Origin: a virus
DNA: 64,000 nucleotides
Reading direction: 5' to 3' (one strand)
Virus record (IMG/VR): IMGVR_UViG_3300032236_001802
Coordinates: 1 to 64,000 of that record
This document shows, in pieces, positions 1 through 9,517 of this stretch. Position 1 is the stretch's first letter; each line of letters begins with the position of its first letter. The notes beneath the pieces were generated by a model. It had not been told where the DNA came from. It saw nothing but the letters and a program-made list of their open reading frames with translations, and made no database searches. The translations under genes were made by a program, and so were the position numbers.

Positions 1-450
1 ATCTGTACTATTGGCAGTGGCCCCGGTTGCGATGCCTGCTAATTTCGTAAAATCAGCACTGCTCATAAATCCAGCTACGGTGCCAGAAGCATTGCTGTGC
101 CCGTGACCAGTGAGGGCAAAACCTGAAATCACTGCATCTTGGATACTGCCATCAGCCCAAACAAACGACAGCGTACCACCATCAAAATCAACGCTAGAGG
201 GGCGAGATTGAGCTGAAGGTGTCAACCCACTAGAATCTAGGGTTGCGACGCCATTGGCCACCCCTAGCAGTGCTACGGGTACAGAATCCGCAGAGAATAG
301 GGTTCGGGCCTGGGAGACGGCGATCCGCTTTGTTCGATCCGCACCCTCGGCGGATGCATCCCAGATCGGCAAAAGATCGGTATCGACAACGCTTTCCGCC
401 GCGATCGCCGGAAATTGAGAGATATTCCGAACGATAAATTCTTCTGGCAT
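1..450 (-). CDS. tail fibre protein, 5' part (runs off the left edge; not in ORF track)
   Basis: Hand translation from ATG 450: MPEEFIVRNISQFP...GVANGVATLDSSG...HGHSNASGTVAGFMSSADFTKLAGIATGATANSTD. These are typical phage fibre repeats; no stop before position 1. Confidence 0.75.
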   Translation of the reverse strand, partial: MPEEFIVRNISQFPAIAAESVVDTDLLPIWDASAEGADRTKRIAVSQARTLFSADSVPVALLGVANGVATLDSSGLTPSAQSRPSSVDFDGGTLSFVWADGSIQDAVISGFALTGHGHSNASGTVAGFMSSADFTKLAGIATGATANSTD

Positions 451-556
451 TTCTGTAGAGTTTGGTGATTTTCCTAAATAGTAATTGATCTCGGTTCACC
501 CGCCGCTTTGGTCCGGTTCTCTGTCGAAATGGTACATTTCAAAGAAAAGGATAGTT

Positions 557-1840
557 ATGCCCACATCCACAGGCAGGAACAATCGCGCCGAAAACATTTG
601 GCGATCGATTACCAACTTCTTCACCAGATCGGCCCCGGCTCCCACTGGGCAAACCGCCCCCATCGCCCAACAGTACGGCGGAAGTTTCTCTAGTCAGTCT
701 GCCCTGAGCCGCAGGTATGATCAGGAGTATGTTGAACTTCCCATACGCGACTTCGTAAGAGCGCGGCAATTAATTCACCTCCGACAGACACCAGAGATCG
801 CCACCGCTCTAGATATTTTGGTCGGGGATTTATTCAGCTCTGAGGATGGCGACGATTACGGTTTCACCATTGGGGAAACCTTGATAGACGGTTCCCCCGT
901 TGATCCGGCAATCCGCTCAATCTGCATGAAGGCGATCGAGCGGTTGCTGACGGGAGGCAAGATCACCACGATCGCAGAGGAATTCCTAGCCTATGGGGAC
1001 AGCTTCAGATCCCTTGTGGTTGACCCCAGCTATTCGCAGATCCAAAAATTGAAACAATTGCCGACATGGGAAATGTTTCGGGTTGAGGACGCCGACGGCA
1101 ATATTCTTAGGTTTGAGCAGCGCCGCCGCCTAACCGAAGAAACCGCAGAATTCACAATTCACCCGATGCTCTGTGTGCATTGGAGATTCCGCCCGCTCTA
1201 TAAATACGGGCGATCGCTGTTTGATGAATCGCCAGAGGATCTGGCCGCCCTAGAGCAAGGTTATTTTGCAGTAGAGAAAGCAGCCATGGCGATCGGGGTC
1301 AATCCGAACGTGCATATCATGCCCGCAGGCTGGACAAAGCCGCAGAGCGAAGCTTATAAGGCTGCATACGAGGCAGAGCGCGATCGCTCTGGTCGGGTAA
1401 TGACCGATTTCTTCATGCTCAATGGTGGTGAAGTTAAGAAGTTATCCCAGACATGGAACCCGGACCTAAAAGCGCTAACCAGCAACGTGGATCAGCGCCG
1501 CGCCCGAATTGCCATGCGATCCAGGATCCCACCTTGGATGATCGGGTTGGCCACAATTGGAGCACGGGAAATCAGTGGTCAGCCCGCCATGGCTTACGCC
1601 CGGTTCCTGGGGTCAGTTCGGATGACCTTGGCCGAGGGTGTCCGCCAGATCCTAGATACAGAGCTGGCGATGAACGGTTACTCGAAAGATCAGATGAACT
1701 ATCGAATCCTATTTCCCAAGATCTATACCAACACCCAAGCCCAATCGAATTCCCAGGTTGATGAACCCGTTCCGGCCACCCCGCCCGATGGCATCACCTG
1801 GGATCGCGATCGCTTCTCCACCCTTGCCCACTTCCAGTAA
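557..1840 (+). CDS. phage portal protein
   Basis: About 430 aa with portal-like segments (EEFLAYGDSF, HWRFRPLYKYGRSLF, RIPPWMIG). Start moved to ATG 557 after AAGGA. Confidence 0.75.
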   Translation: MPTSTGRNNRAENIWRSITNFFTRSAPAPTGQTAPIAQQYGGSFSSQSALSRRYDQEYVELPIRDFVRARQLIHLRQTPEIATALDILVGDLFSSEDGDDYGFTIGETLIDGSPVDPAIRSICMKAIERLLTGGKITTIAEEFLAYGDSFRSLVVDPSYSQIQKLKQLPTWEMFRVEDADGNILRFEQRRRLTEETAEFTIHPMLCVHWRFRPLYKYGRSLFDESPEDLAALEQGYFAVEKAAMAIGVNPNVHIMPAGWTKPQSEAYKAAYEAERDRSGRVMTDFFMLNGGEVKKLSQTWNPDLKALTSNVDQRRARIAMRSRIPPWMIGLATIGAREISGQPAMAYARFLGSVRMTLAEGVRQILDTELAMNGYSKDQMNYRILFPKIYTNTQAQSNSQVDEPVPATPPDGITWDRDRFSTLAHFQ

Positions 1841-1845
1841 TTCAG

Positions 1846-2046
1846 ATGAAAACCCCACCCCTCCATCAACCGCTGCCACCCTGGAACGATACCCCTCTGG
1901 TTATCCCAGAGACTCAGCAGCCGATGCCCCTTGCCGAACTGTTGCAACTGTCTGCCGTCACGGAAACAGATGCAGATACAGCCGTTCAATCATGGCGCGA
2001 TAAATCTGCAAAGATGCCCGAAATCCTTGACGCAGAGCCAACTTAG
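1846..2046 (+). CDS. hypothetical protein
   Basis: Starts 5 nt after the portal stop and is followed by a terminator. Confidence 0.55.
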   Translation: MKTPPLHQPLPPWNDTPLVIPETQQPMPLAELLQLSAVTETDADTAVQSWRDKSAKMPEILDAEPT

Positions 2047-2066
2047 TCGCTTAAAGCAAGTCCAGT

Positions 2067-2102
2067 AAAAACCCGTATGGTGTCCGCCATACGGGTTTTT
2101 TT
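2067..2102. terminator. intrinsic terminator, probably bidirectional
   Basis: AAAAACCCGTATGG-tgtccg-CCATACGGGTTTTTTT. Confidence 0.8.
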
Positions 2103-2217
2103 GATTTGGGTGGATTTACTGGTGTAGAACCAAAAACCCATAGCTATATTGGATACATAGAGCAAAGGACACACACAGTCCGAGCTAAACACTTAACTTA
2201 CACACTGGAGTTTAACC

Positions 2218-2415
2218 ATGAAATTCAACGTTATCGCCAACATCACGTCTGTATCCCTGGTCGCCCTAATCACAGGGACTCAGGTTGCCGCGATCGCTAA
2301 GGCGGTTGAGGTTTCGTATAGAGAATATCCCTGCTACGTGAGCGGGGAAAAGCGGACATGCTGGACCCGCACTTATTCGGATGGTTCAAGCTTTAGCGGG
2401 GTTGTGCCTAAGTAA
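2218..2415 (+). CDS. small secreted protein
   Basis: GGAG RBS, signal-peptide-like N-terminus, two Cys. Confidence 0.6.
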   Translation: MKFNVIANITSVSLVALITGTQVAAIAKAVEVSYREYPCYVSGEKRTCWTRTYSDGSSFSGVVPK

Positions 2416-2492
2416 CCGTTAGCGCCCAGTAAAAAGCGCTCTGGCTGGAATCCAGGGCGCTTCAATGCAAACCTACAAACGAGATCATACCG

Positions 2493-2732
2493 ATGATAGA
2501 ACAACTTTGGAAGATTAAACGAGGGGCTATATCCTGGAAGCCCCAGCAACTTCAAACAGCGGACTTAGTTTGTTTTGGGAATGCAGCCTTAGGGGTTGCT
2601 CAAATTGTTTTTCAGAGCGTGGAAGACGCTCAAGATTTCTGCGATCGCCTAAACGCTTACCAAGCAGTTAACGGCCCCATAGCGGCTCAACAGTTCCTAC
2701 AAATCAGCGCTGGCCAGGAGGTTGCAGCATGA
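2493..2732 (+). CDS. hypothetical protein
   Basis: ATGA overlap with the GGDEF gene. Confidence 0.6.
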   Translation: MIEQLWKIKRGAISWKPQQLQTADLVCFGNAALGVAQIVFQSVEDAQDFCDRLNAYQAVNGPIAAQQFLQISAGQEVAA

Positions 2733-3187
2733 TTTTTATCATTACGACGATCGCGGCTCTAGCCGTGGCCTATCACTACTGGCAACTTTCTCAAAGCTTG
2801 ATGCAGTGCCCGGTTTTTGGGTGCCTAACGCGGCAAGGGATTGAACGCCGCCGCCGCAAAGTTGGAAACGCGGTTGTATTCGCCGACATCGATAAGATGA
2901 AAGAGGCTAACAGCCTGTGGGGATACGAGGAAACAAATCGGCGGATTGCTGCGGCGATCGCTGATTTACGCGGCGATCTGGTTATGGGCCGTTGGTTTTC
3001 TGGTGATGAGTTCGTGATCTCCTGCAACGGGCAGGACGGTGATGCCCTGTGCCAACGGATTCAGGATGTGTTTGCCGCTCAGGGGCTATCGATTACCTGT
3101 GCCTGGGCGCTATCTACTGCGGCCCCACTGCAACAACAGGTAGACGCCCTATCGAAAATCGTTGCTCAGGCTAAAGAGCAACGATGA
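2729..3187 (+). CDS. membrane-anchored GGDEF-domain protein (variant SGDEF)
   Basis: N-terminal TM; GCLTR, VVFADIDKMKEAN..WG, GRWFSGDEF, AK-terminal helix; GGAGG RBS. Confidence 0.8.
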   Translation: MIFIITTIAALAVAYHYWQLSQSLMQCPVFGCLTRQGIERRRRKVGNAVVFADIDKMKEANSLWGYEETNRRIAAAIADLRGDLVMGRWFSGDEFVISCNGQDGDALCQRIQDVFAAQGLSITCAWALSTAAPLQQQVDALSKIVAQAKEQR

Positions 3188-3217
3188 TCAAATCTCAAAA
3201 CTAGCAATAAGCAAAGT

Positions 3218-3248
3218 GAAAACCGCCAGGTCCGGACTGGCGGTTTTC
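3218..3248 (+). terminator. intrinsic terminator
   Basis: GAAAACCGCCAG-gtccgga-CTGGCGGTTTTC. Confidence 0.65.
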
Positions 3249-3415
3249 GTGTGCCCTGTGTTAAATAAATGCTGGCGGTTGAGGGGGGAGGGAACAAACC
3301 CGATCGCATCAACCAAGAAAGCGATCGGGACAAGACTGAAGCCCAAGAAAACATCTCAAACCAACGAAATTACTTTAGCACAGGAGAAGCTATCTGGGGA
3401 AGTCCTTGGATAGAT

Positions 3416-4144
3416 TTATTTTGAATGAGGAATCAACTTAATCAGAACCGGAACCACGAACACCATAAACGCGAACCCGGCCATAGCCATTAACGCCCAG
3501 ACGGCTGCTCGCTCGTTGCTGGCAAAAACATCGGCGATCGCCTTAAATCCTTGAATCCAGGGTGAAACCTGAATTGAACTACTGTTACTAGAGGGGGCTG
3601 GCGATTGAGTTGGAGCCGTGCGAACAGCTTCAGCGCCGGGGATATTGGTTTTTGGCTCGATGTCAATTTTCCAGATTTCGGAGTCCCACACCTGGGGAAT
3701 CATGGACACGGTTTCACAGCTCACATTTTCATGGAAGATGAAAAACCCGGATAGGTTGGCCCCAGAAATCTGAACGCGGATCATTGCGTTGCCATCGATC
3801 GCCAAGGGTTTGCCGAGCGGCACAGTTTGCCATCTGTCATCCTGGTAAACCTGGCAGGTGATCCAGTCGCGTTCAGTGAGTCGGTTAATCATCCAATGAG
3901 TTTTACCGTTCTTTGAGATCTGATAGATCTCTAGACATTGCTGTGGAAACCATGCAGGCTTGCTTTTTATATTGCTGCGGCCCAGCAATATGTAGCCCTC
4001 ATCGTCGGAGTTAATGCAGCCTTGCTGATAGGTTTCTATCAGCAACAGTAAACACGATTTCACGTCTATCCTCCAGAATGCCCCTCGGCATAAGCGGTTA
4101 ATTTGTTGTAGAGCTACCTGAACCGAATCCGAACCATGCTGCAT
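3416..4144 (-). CDS. hypothetical protein with C-terminal TM helix (start uncertain)
   Basis: Long ORF downstream of terL with a hydrophobic C-terminus. Confidence 0.55.
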   Translation of the reverse strand: MQHGSDSVQVALQQINRLCRGAFWRIDVKSCLLLLIETYQQGCINSDDEGYILLGRSNIKSKPAWFPQQCLEIYQISKNGKTHWMINRLTERDWITCQVYQDDRWQTVPLGKPLAIDGNAMIRVQISGANLSGFFIFHENVSCETVSMIPQVWDSEIWKIDIEPKTNIPGAEAVRTAPTQSPAPSSNSSSIQVSPWIQGFKAIADVFASNERAAVWALMAMAGFAFMVFVVPVLIKLIPHSK

Positions 4145-6788
4145 TTTCTGGAGTAATCGAGGCGTAAATTATGGCCTCGGCTTCGTCGGGGCTATAACCC
4201 AATCGCTCCTTAATACTATCTTTTGAGTCTACGGCAATTCTCCATGAGGATAGGTGCCAGCGCATCGCCAATAGTCCTGATCTCATTCGGGTATTGTTCG
4301 GCAGTGCCACCCTAGAACCACTGTCGGGGTCCAACATTTCCCGAAACTTCCAAGCCCACTCCGCCCGTTTGTTGGAAAAACCCATCTTACCCGACTTATC
4401 GCGGGCATCGGAGCTTTCGGCTCCACTCAAGGGTTCACACTGCAAGCCCATTTGATGCATTGTGTCTACCGGGCTGCTACCAATCCCGATTACATCAATT
4501 CCACACCACGGATCCCCCTTCATATGCTCAATTAAAAATTGAACAAACATAGGCCCAGACCGAACCTCCGCCCCCGGCTTGGTGTGCAGGTTAAACCATT
4601 GGTCCCACCGCTCTGCGACGCTGGAATTGTCCGCCCCGCCCCGCGATGGATCGCCGCCGATGCCCTCTTGCCGAGTGTTGGGCGGTGGGTTTTCCGTCCA
4701 GCGGGCGATCGCAGCATCGACCCATTTTGTAGGGAAGATTTGCCAGGAATCATCATCGCTGCCCGCAGAAAAGTCACCGAACAGTAGTTGCGATCTGAGG
4801 GGTTCCGGTAGGGATTGCAGAATGGCTTTATAACCGGTGCGAACGTAGTAGGGGTTATCGTCAACTAGTGCAGGGATAAAGGTTCGCGATCGCGGTGTGA
4901 GCAATTCACCGTCATGCTCCACAAGATCGGGACGGCGATCGCCGCGCCCGACCTCACGGGTTTTGCCATTCACTTCTACATACCAAACCAGTTCTCCCGG
5001 CTTGGCCGGGTTGGGATGCTGAGGGTCTAGCCATGGCCCCCAGTAGGTTCGCACCCACTGCCCCTGATAGCTGGCGGGAGGGTTGCCCGTGCAAACAATC
5101 CGTACCCGCTGCCCGACGACTTCTGTACGGTTCCAGCCCGCTAGGGTGCGATACTGCGATTCACTAAAGTGGCAGATTTCATCGAAGGCCCGTAAATCGT
5201 GGGCACGGCCCTGGTATTTAGAAACATCTTTCTCATGTTGCACGGCCCCCGCTTCAACCGTGCGCCCGTCCTTCAACCGCCAGATATGATCCTGCCCATT
5301 GAATCGGCCAATGGTCGGGGTAACCAACTCGCCCGCTTTTTCGATAATTTCCCGTAACTGTGGATACTCACGCCGAAAGATGATCGATCGCCTGTGAGCA
5401 GTAAAGGCCAATCCGATCAATAGATACGAGTTGTGAGTAACATTGTATCCATCCGTAATGTAAAGGCTATTGGGATTACTAACGGTGATGCAACGACAAT
5501 AGGTCGATCCCTTTTTCTCAATCCCAACAATCTGCTTACCCACCCAGATGCTAGGCTCATGCCCCTTTGCTGCTTCCACTTTGCGCGGCAAGCTAAACAA
5601 TCGCCAGCGGCCATTGCCTTCCACCGAAACAATGTAAGACATCCGCTTTTCGCCCTCATATCCGGGACTGTAGCAAACCCCCTGCTTCTTCCTGACTTTT
5701 GCCATAAAACCAAGCGATCGCACCAAGTTCGCGACATCATCGGCTAACTGCGATGATGTCGTGCAATAGGAAACCTCATTCCGTTGCTTGCTTGATGCGT
5801 ATCCATCCGTATCAAACAGCCCTTGGGCAAGATTCCACCTAAACTCTAAAGACTCCTTTAGGTAACCTTGGGGTAAAAACTTTTCATACGACATTTTACC
5901 CAGTAGTCCCGAATTCCTTGCCCACTGATCTAACCACTGATCTTTAAGCTTTACATCAAAATGTCCATCTTTTGGATATGAAGCCCACTTTTCACATAAA
6001 GATGTGCATCTTTCAAGAATCCATTCATCCGCAGTGGTTAGCGTAAATCCACTTGAAAATCTGCGAGATGAAATGTGGCCATCGCCTATCAGAGCACCAT
6101 ACACGTAAGCACGGGCGGCATTGCCATGATGCAGATTGGTGTAGTTAAGTGGCGCTGCAATTGGAACAATCAACCGTATCCCGGAATTGACAGCCTCATA
6201 CATCCACTGGGTATCTCGCACCATCGCCCGCGTAATGTAATTCACATTCCAGTCGGCTGGAGACGATACCTCTAAAACCTCTCGGCGTCCATTACTGGTC
6301 TTTGCCCTTGTGTTCTTTCGAGCCTTCCAGAATCCCCACAAATGATCGCTACTGCATTCAACGCTAGTCCCGTCCTCAAACTTCACTAAATAGGTATCTA
6401 GCCGCCCACGTTCATGGATCTGAAGAATGGTCTGAATCTCCCCATCGGGATTCATTATGCGATCTCCGATCTTCAGCTCTGAAAATGACTTCCAGACGCC
6501 ATTCCACATCAAAACCTGAGAATCCATCAACCTAACCTCTTCAGGGATTAGATCGATTATATCGTCCAGATTATCCCCCGTAAATTGGCTCAGGTTCTCG
6601 AATGCCCATCCTAATGCATAGCATGCCTGAGCTTTTCCGCCGCCAGCGCCGCCTCCGAAGAAAAGTTCATCAGCCTGACTTTCAAAGGCCCGCTCCTGCG
6701 GACTGTTCGGAATCACTTTCCACGGAAAAGGGACAACGGCAGACCGCGCCCGCTTCTTTTCGGCGGCGATCGCTCCAATTCGGCGCAT
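4098..6788 (-). CDS. terL: terminase large subunit containing an intein
   Basis: Walker A GGGAGGGK|S split by the intein; Walker B AFDE; TGNPP coupling motif; RNase H-like GGDPSRGGAD, GIDVIGIG and SPDEAEA. Confidence 0.92.
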   Translation of the reverse strand: MRRIGAIAAEKKRARSAVVPFPWKVIPNSPQERAFESQADELFFGGGAGGGKAQACYALGWAFENLSQFTGDNLDDIIDLIPEEVRLMDSQVLMWNGVWKSFSELKIGDRIMNPDGEIQTILQIHERGRLDTYLVKFEDGTSVECSSDHLWGFWKARKNTRAKTSNGRREVLEVSSPADWNVNYITRAMVRDTQWMYEAVNSGIRLIVPIAAPLNYTNLHHGNAARAYVYGALIGDGHISSRRFSSGFTLTTADEWILERCTSLCEKWASYPKDGHFDVKLKDQWLDQWARNSGLLGKMSYEKFLPQGYLKESLEFRWNLAQGLFDTDGYASSKQRNEVSYCTTSSQLADDVANLVRSLGFMAKVRKKQGVCYSPGYEGEKRMSYIVSVEGNGRWRLFSLPRKVEAAKGHEPSIWVGKQIVGIEKKGSTYCRCITVSNPNSLYITDGYNVTHNSYLLIGLAFTAHRRSIIFRREYPQLREIIEKAGELVTPTIGRFNGQDHIWRLKDGRTVEAGAVQHEKDVSKYQGRAHDLRAFDEICHFSESQYRTLAGWNRTEVVGQRVRIVCTGNPPASYQGQWVRTYWGPWLDPQHPNPAKPGELVWYVEVNGKTREVGRGDRRPDLVEHDGELLTPRSRTFIPALVDDNPYYVRTGYKAILQSLPEPLRSQLLFGDFSAGSDDDSWQIFPTKWVDAAIARWTENPPPNTRQEGIGGDPSRGGADNSSVAERWDQWFNLHTKPGAEVRSGPMFVQFLIEHMKGDPWCGIDVIGIGSSPVDTMHQMGLQCEPLSGAESSDARDKSGKMGFSNKRAEWAWKFREMLDPDSGSRVALPNNTRMRSGLLAMRWHLSSWRIAVDSKDSIKERLGYSPDEAEAIIYASITPENAAWFGFGSGSSTTN
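5430..6632 (-). mobile_element. class 3 intein (401 aa) with LAGLIDADG homing endonuclease
   Basis: Begins Ala-Gln after the Walker A Lys; block B ECSSDHLW; block F CRCITV; block G VTHN/S; endonuclease motifs YGALIGDG and AQGLFDTDG. Confidence 0.9.
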
Positions 6789-6903
6789 GAAGACCTCAGC
6801 CCAACACGATCCTTATTAACACAAAGGCTGGAGCTTAAATGCCAATCCCCAGCAAAACTTGATCCGGTACCCTGAAATTAAGTAGTTCCACTCATGCCGG
6901 CAG

Positions 6904-6924
6904 CACGGTATACCGTGTTATACT
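6904..6924 (+). promoter_or_regulatory. palindromic operator overlapping an extended -10 promoter
   Basis: Perfect palindrome CACGGTATACCGTG followed by T-TATACT (TGnTATACT). Confidence 0.65.
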
Positions 6925-6961
6925 GGATTAACAACCAAGAAAACCGCGAGAAGACACTACC

Positions 6962-7162
6962 ATGAGCACCAAATTTCAACTAACCCCTGAGCAAATCAAG
7001 CCCGACTATAACTACCTGCGGAATATTCGCCTTTACTTTTTCTTAAATAAAATGGGCGGCGAAGGATTGGTGCGGATCTGCTATTCCTCCCAGGGGGAGC
7101 TGTGGGTCGGTGTGAACAACCTGATTCATGGGAGATACGGGACTTTCCCTAAGCACGACTGA
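6962..7162 (+). CDS. hypothetical protein (possibly continues in another frame to 7251)
   Basis: First ORF after the promoter. The -1 frame reads RLSKAMAHYEAL...RRYL* and overlaps the next ATG. Confidence 0.5.
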   Translation: MSTKFQLTPEQIKPDYNYLRNIRLYFFLNKMGGEGLVRICYSSQGELWVGVNNLIHGRYGTFPKHD

Positions 7163-7247
7163 GCAAGGCGATGGCGCATTATGAAGCCCTGGTAGCCGAA
7201 AACCCGAACCAGTCCGATGAACAAGTTCAACTCAACAGAAGGTATCT

Positions 7248-7505
7248 ATGAGTGGAAAATCCCGCTATCGCGGGTTAAAGCAATGGAAAGCCCAAGACAG
7301 TGTTCCTGGGGTTCGCCTACAAAATTTCCCGGCTTTCCGGGTTACCCCTGCGACCCTAGAAGCGTTTGAAAAGTTTTGCACCCAGAACAACAGCGATCGC
7401 CCCTTAGTTATGCGATCGCTGTTGCACTTAGCACTCTCGGATGAACAGTTTCAGAAACAGTTAATTCAAGTTCTGGAGAGGATGAAAAGTGTGGATTCAT
7501 TTTAG
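7248..7505 (+). CDS. putative ribbon-helix-helix DNA-binding protein
   Basis: AFRVTPATLEAFEKFC...RPLVMRSLL strand-helix-helix pattern. Confidence 0.5.
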   Translation: MSGKSRYRGLKQWKAQDSVPGVRLQNFPAFRVTPATLEAFEKFCTQNNSDRPLVMRSLLHLALSDEQFQKQLIQVLERMKSVDSF

Positions 7506-8037
7506 AGTGCCGTCGCAGGACGGCGTAAAACAACCATCGAAGGTTGTCTGTCAGGTGTCAGGTTTTGTTAGCGGGGAGGCTTCTACCTCCTTTGTTCTGA
7601 GAGATCTTTGCATCGGGCAAGTTCTTGGGGATGCCAATCGTGTGGCTCAGTATGGGCACATGGAGCAGTGGATCCAAGGGCATGGCCCCTTACCGTTACC
7701 CCTAACCTCCGATCATCTGCTAAAGATGGCAGAGTTCTTCCCCGTGGGGATGACGAGCCTATCGGAGATCTTTGGGTTGGAAAACCGCGTCCCCTTGTCC
7801 GTTCTTGCCGATAGGGGAGAGCTGCGGTTGACCAAAGCTCTGCTTGAAAAACTACGATTTGCCTTTGTTGGATCCTCTCGGTTTTTGCAACCAGAGATGG
7901 CCGAGAGTGCGATCGTTTTCAAGATCGGAACACAATACTTTTTGAATGCGACCTGTGGATCTACCGAGGTTGTAACACTGGCACTTGACCAAGTTGATTT
8001 GAACAGCAAGTTTCCACTAGATTTCTACTACCCCTAA
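7489..8037 (+). CDS. hypothetical protein
   Basis: GGAGAGG RBS; coupled ORF. Confidence 0.6.
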   Translation: MWIHFRVPSQDGVKQPSKVVCQVSGFVSGEASTSFVLRDLCIGQVLGDANRVAQYGHMEQWIQGHGPLPLPLTSDHLLKMAEFFPVGMTSLSEIFGLENRVPLSVLADRGELRLTKALLEKLRFAFVGSSRFLQPEMAESAIVFKIGTQYFLNATCGSTEVVTLALDQVDLNSKFPLDFYYP

Positions 8038-8039
8038 CT

Positions 8040-8261
8040 ATGACAAGTGCTATCAAAACCAGGGCTTTAGCTATAGCAATACAAACGTTACAGCAGGCAC
8101 CCAACGGGCTTACGCTGGATCAAATCGTTAACGATGTACTCTTGCAGATTGAGCATTTCCACAGCCGCAGAGAGGCGCAGGCGGTGATCCGTGATGGGCT
8201 GCGTTCTCATCCAAGGGTGTTAGTTCAGTCCGATCTTTATGAGGTAAACCAGTATGACTAA
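8040..8261 (+). CDS. small winged-helix-like protein
   Basis: GLTLDQIV...IRDGLRSHPR pattern. Confidence 0.45.
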   Translation: MTSAIKTRALAIAIQTLQQAPNGLTLDQIVNDVLLQIEHFHSRREAQAVIRDGLRSHPRVLVQSDLYEVNQYD

Positions 8262-8285
8262 CCATAGTTTCCCGGTTTACTAAGC

Positions 8286-8339
8286 TCACAAAACTTCCGT
8301 ATATTCACGGCTGAATAACACGGTATACCGCGTTATATT
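8286..8339 (+). promoter_or_regulatory. repeated promoter/operator block, copy 2
   Basis: TATTCACGGCTGAATAACACGGTATACCGCGTTATATT; near-identical to 9430-9480. Confidence 0.7.
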
Positions 8340-8382
8340 AAATGTACTGAAGCAAGCAAACTACAAACCGGGAGACAATATC

Positions 8383-9387
8383 ATGGCACATCAATTCGAT
8401 AGCGGTTTATTCGTCGGTACTGGAGCATGGCACGGTTTAGGGGTAACGGTTAAACAAGCCCCCGCAACAACCGCCGAAGCGATGAAGCTGGCGGGCATGG
8501 ATTGGACGGTAGAAGAAAGCCCAGTGATCACGATTGGACAAGATGAAACAGAGCCGTCCCTAGTGGATGGTTGGAAGGTTCTAAAGCGTTCCGACAACGG
8601 AACGGTCCTCAATGTCTGCCGGGAGTCTTGGACCCCAGTACAAAACGCCCAGGCGTTTGAATGGTTCGACCCCATCATCGCCGATGGTGACGCCGAGCTT
8701 TCAGCGGCGGTTTCATTGCAATCTGGCAAGCGGATCGCCATTACTGCCAAGATCAAAGACGCGACCGCCGAGGTTGTGCCTGGGGATCCGGTTGAATCTT
8801 ACCTTCTGCTGTTTAACAGCCATGACGGTTCCCTGTGTCTGGGGACCAAGTTTACAAACGTCCGAGTTGTTTGCGCAAACACCCTTGCGATCGCCCTGGG
8901 TGCTAAAACCCTGGCAGCCGGAAACGAAGATTTAACTTGGAACGGTAAGACTGGTCGCATCCGCCACACCAGATCGATTCACGATAATTTGCAAGCCATT
9001 CGGGACGCGATTGATGTTCAGCGGAGAACCTTCCGCTACTCAATCGAGGAATACAAGGCAATGAGCCGTGTGGATCTGTCCACCGCCGCGTTCAACGCTT
9101 ATGTTGCCAGCGTGTTCCTAGATAAGGATGATGAGAAGAAAACCGTTGGTGATCTGCGCCAATACGACCAGCTTGTTCGCAATTTCGAGCAAGGGCGTGG
9201 AGCCGACATGAAAGGAGTTCGGGGAACGCTTTGGGGTGCTTACAACGCTATTACGGAATGGACCAGCAGCCAACGGGCTGGGAATGGTGATATTGAGTCC
9301 GCCCGCGAGAACCTGAACTCTCTCTGGTTCGGAACAGCAGGGCAGATCAACGAAACCGCCCACTCTGCGGCCCTGGCACTGCTGTAA
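8383..9387 (+). CDS. DUF932 (phage/plasmid TIGR03299-like) protein
   Basis: AWHGLG, AGMDWTV, PVQNAQAF, LLFNSHDGS, RVVCANTL, IRHT, GTLWGAYNAITEW. Confidence 0.88.
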   Translation: MAHQFDSGLFVGTGAWHGLGVTVKQAPATTAEAMKLAGMDWTVEESPVITIGQDETEPSLVDGWKVLKRSDNGTVLNVCRESWTPVQNAQAFEWFDPIIADGDAELSAAVSLQSGKRIAITAKIKDATAEVVPGDPVESYLLLFNSHDGSLCLGTKFTNVRVVCANTLAIALGAKTLAAGNEDLTWNGKTGRIRHTRSIHDNLQAIRDAIDVQRRTFRYSIEEYKAMSRVDLSTAAFNAYVASVFLDKDDEKKTVGDLRQYDQLVRNFEQGRGADMKGVRGTLWGAYNAITEWTSSQRAGNGDIESARENLNSLWFGTAGQINETAHSAALALL

Positions 9388-9394
9388 CCCAACG

Positions 9395-9420
9395 CCAGCC
9401 CCGGCGCAGGTCGGGGCTGG
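9395..9420. terminator. GC-rich hairpin after DUF932
   Basis: CCAGCCCCGGC-gcag-GTCGGGGCTGG; no U-tract on the + strand. Confidence 0.5.
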
Positions 9421-9429
9421 TAAAATGGT

Positions 9430-9480
9430 TCACAACTTCAGTGTATTCACGGCTGAATGATACGGTATACCGCGTTATCT
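9430..9480 (+). promoter_or_regulatory. repeated promoter/operator block, copy 3
   Basis: TATTCACGGCTGAATGATACGGTATACCGCGTTATCT. Confidence 0.7.
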
Positions 9481-9517
9481 TGTATATATCAACCAACCGC
9501 GCAGGAGCGCTCACACC

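Noticed and set aside
230-499. ORF-track entries 230-499 (-) and 243-437 (+)
   Set aside because: They overlap the real tail fibre frame (1-450, minus strand).
3162-3413. 83-aa ORF
   Set aside because: It spans two terminator-like hairpins between convergent genes; likely non-coding.
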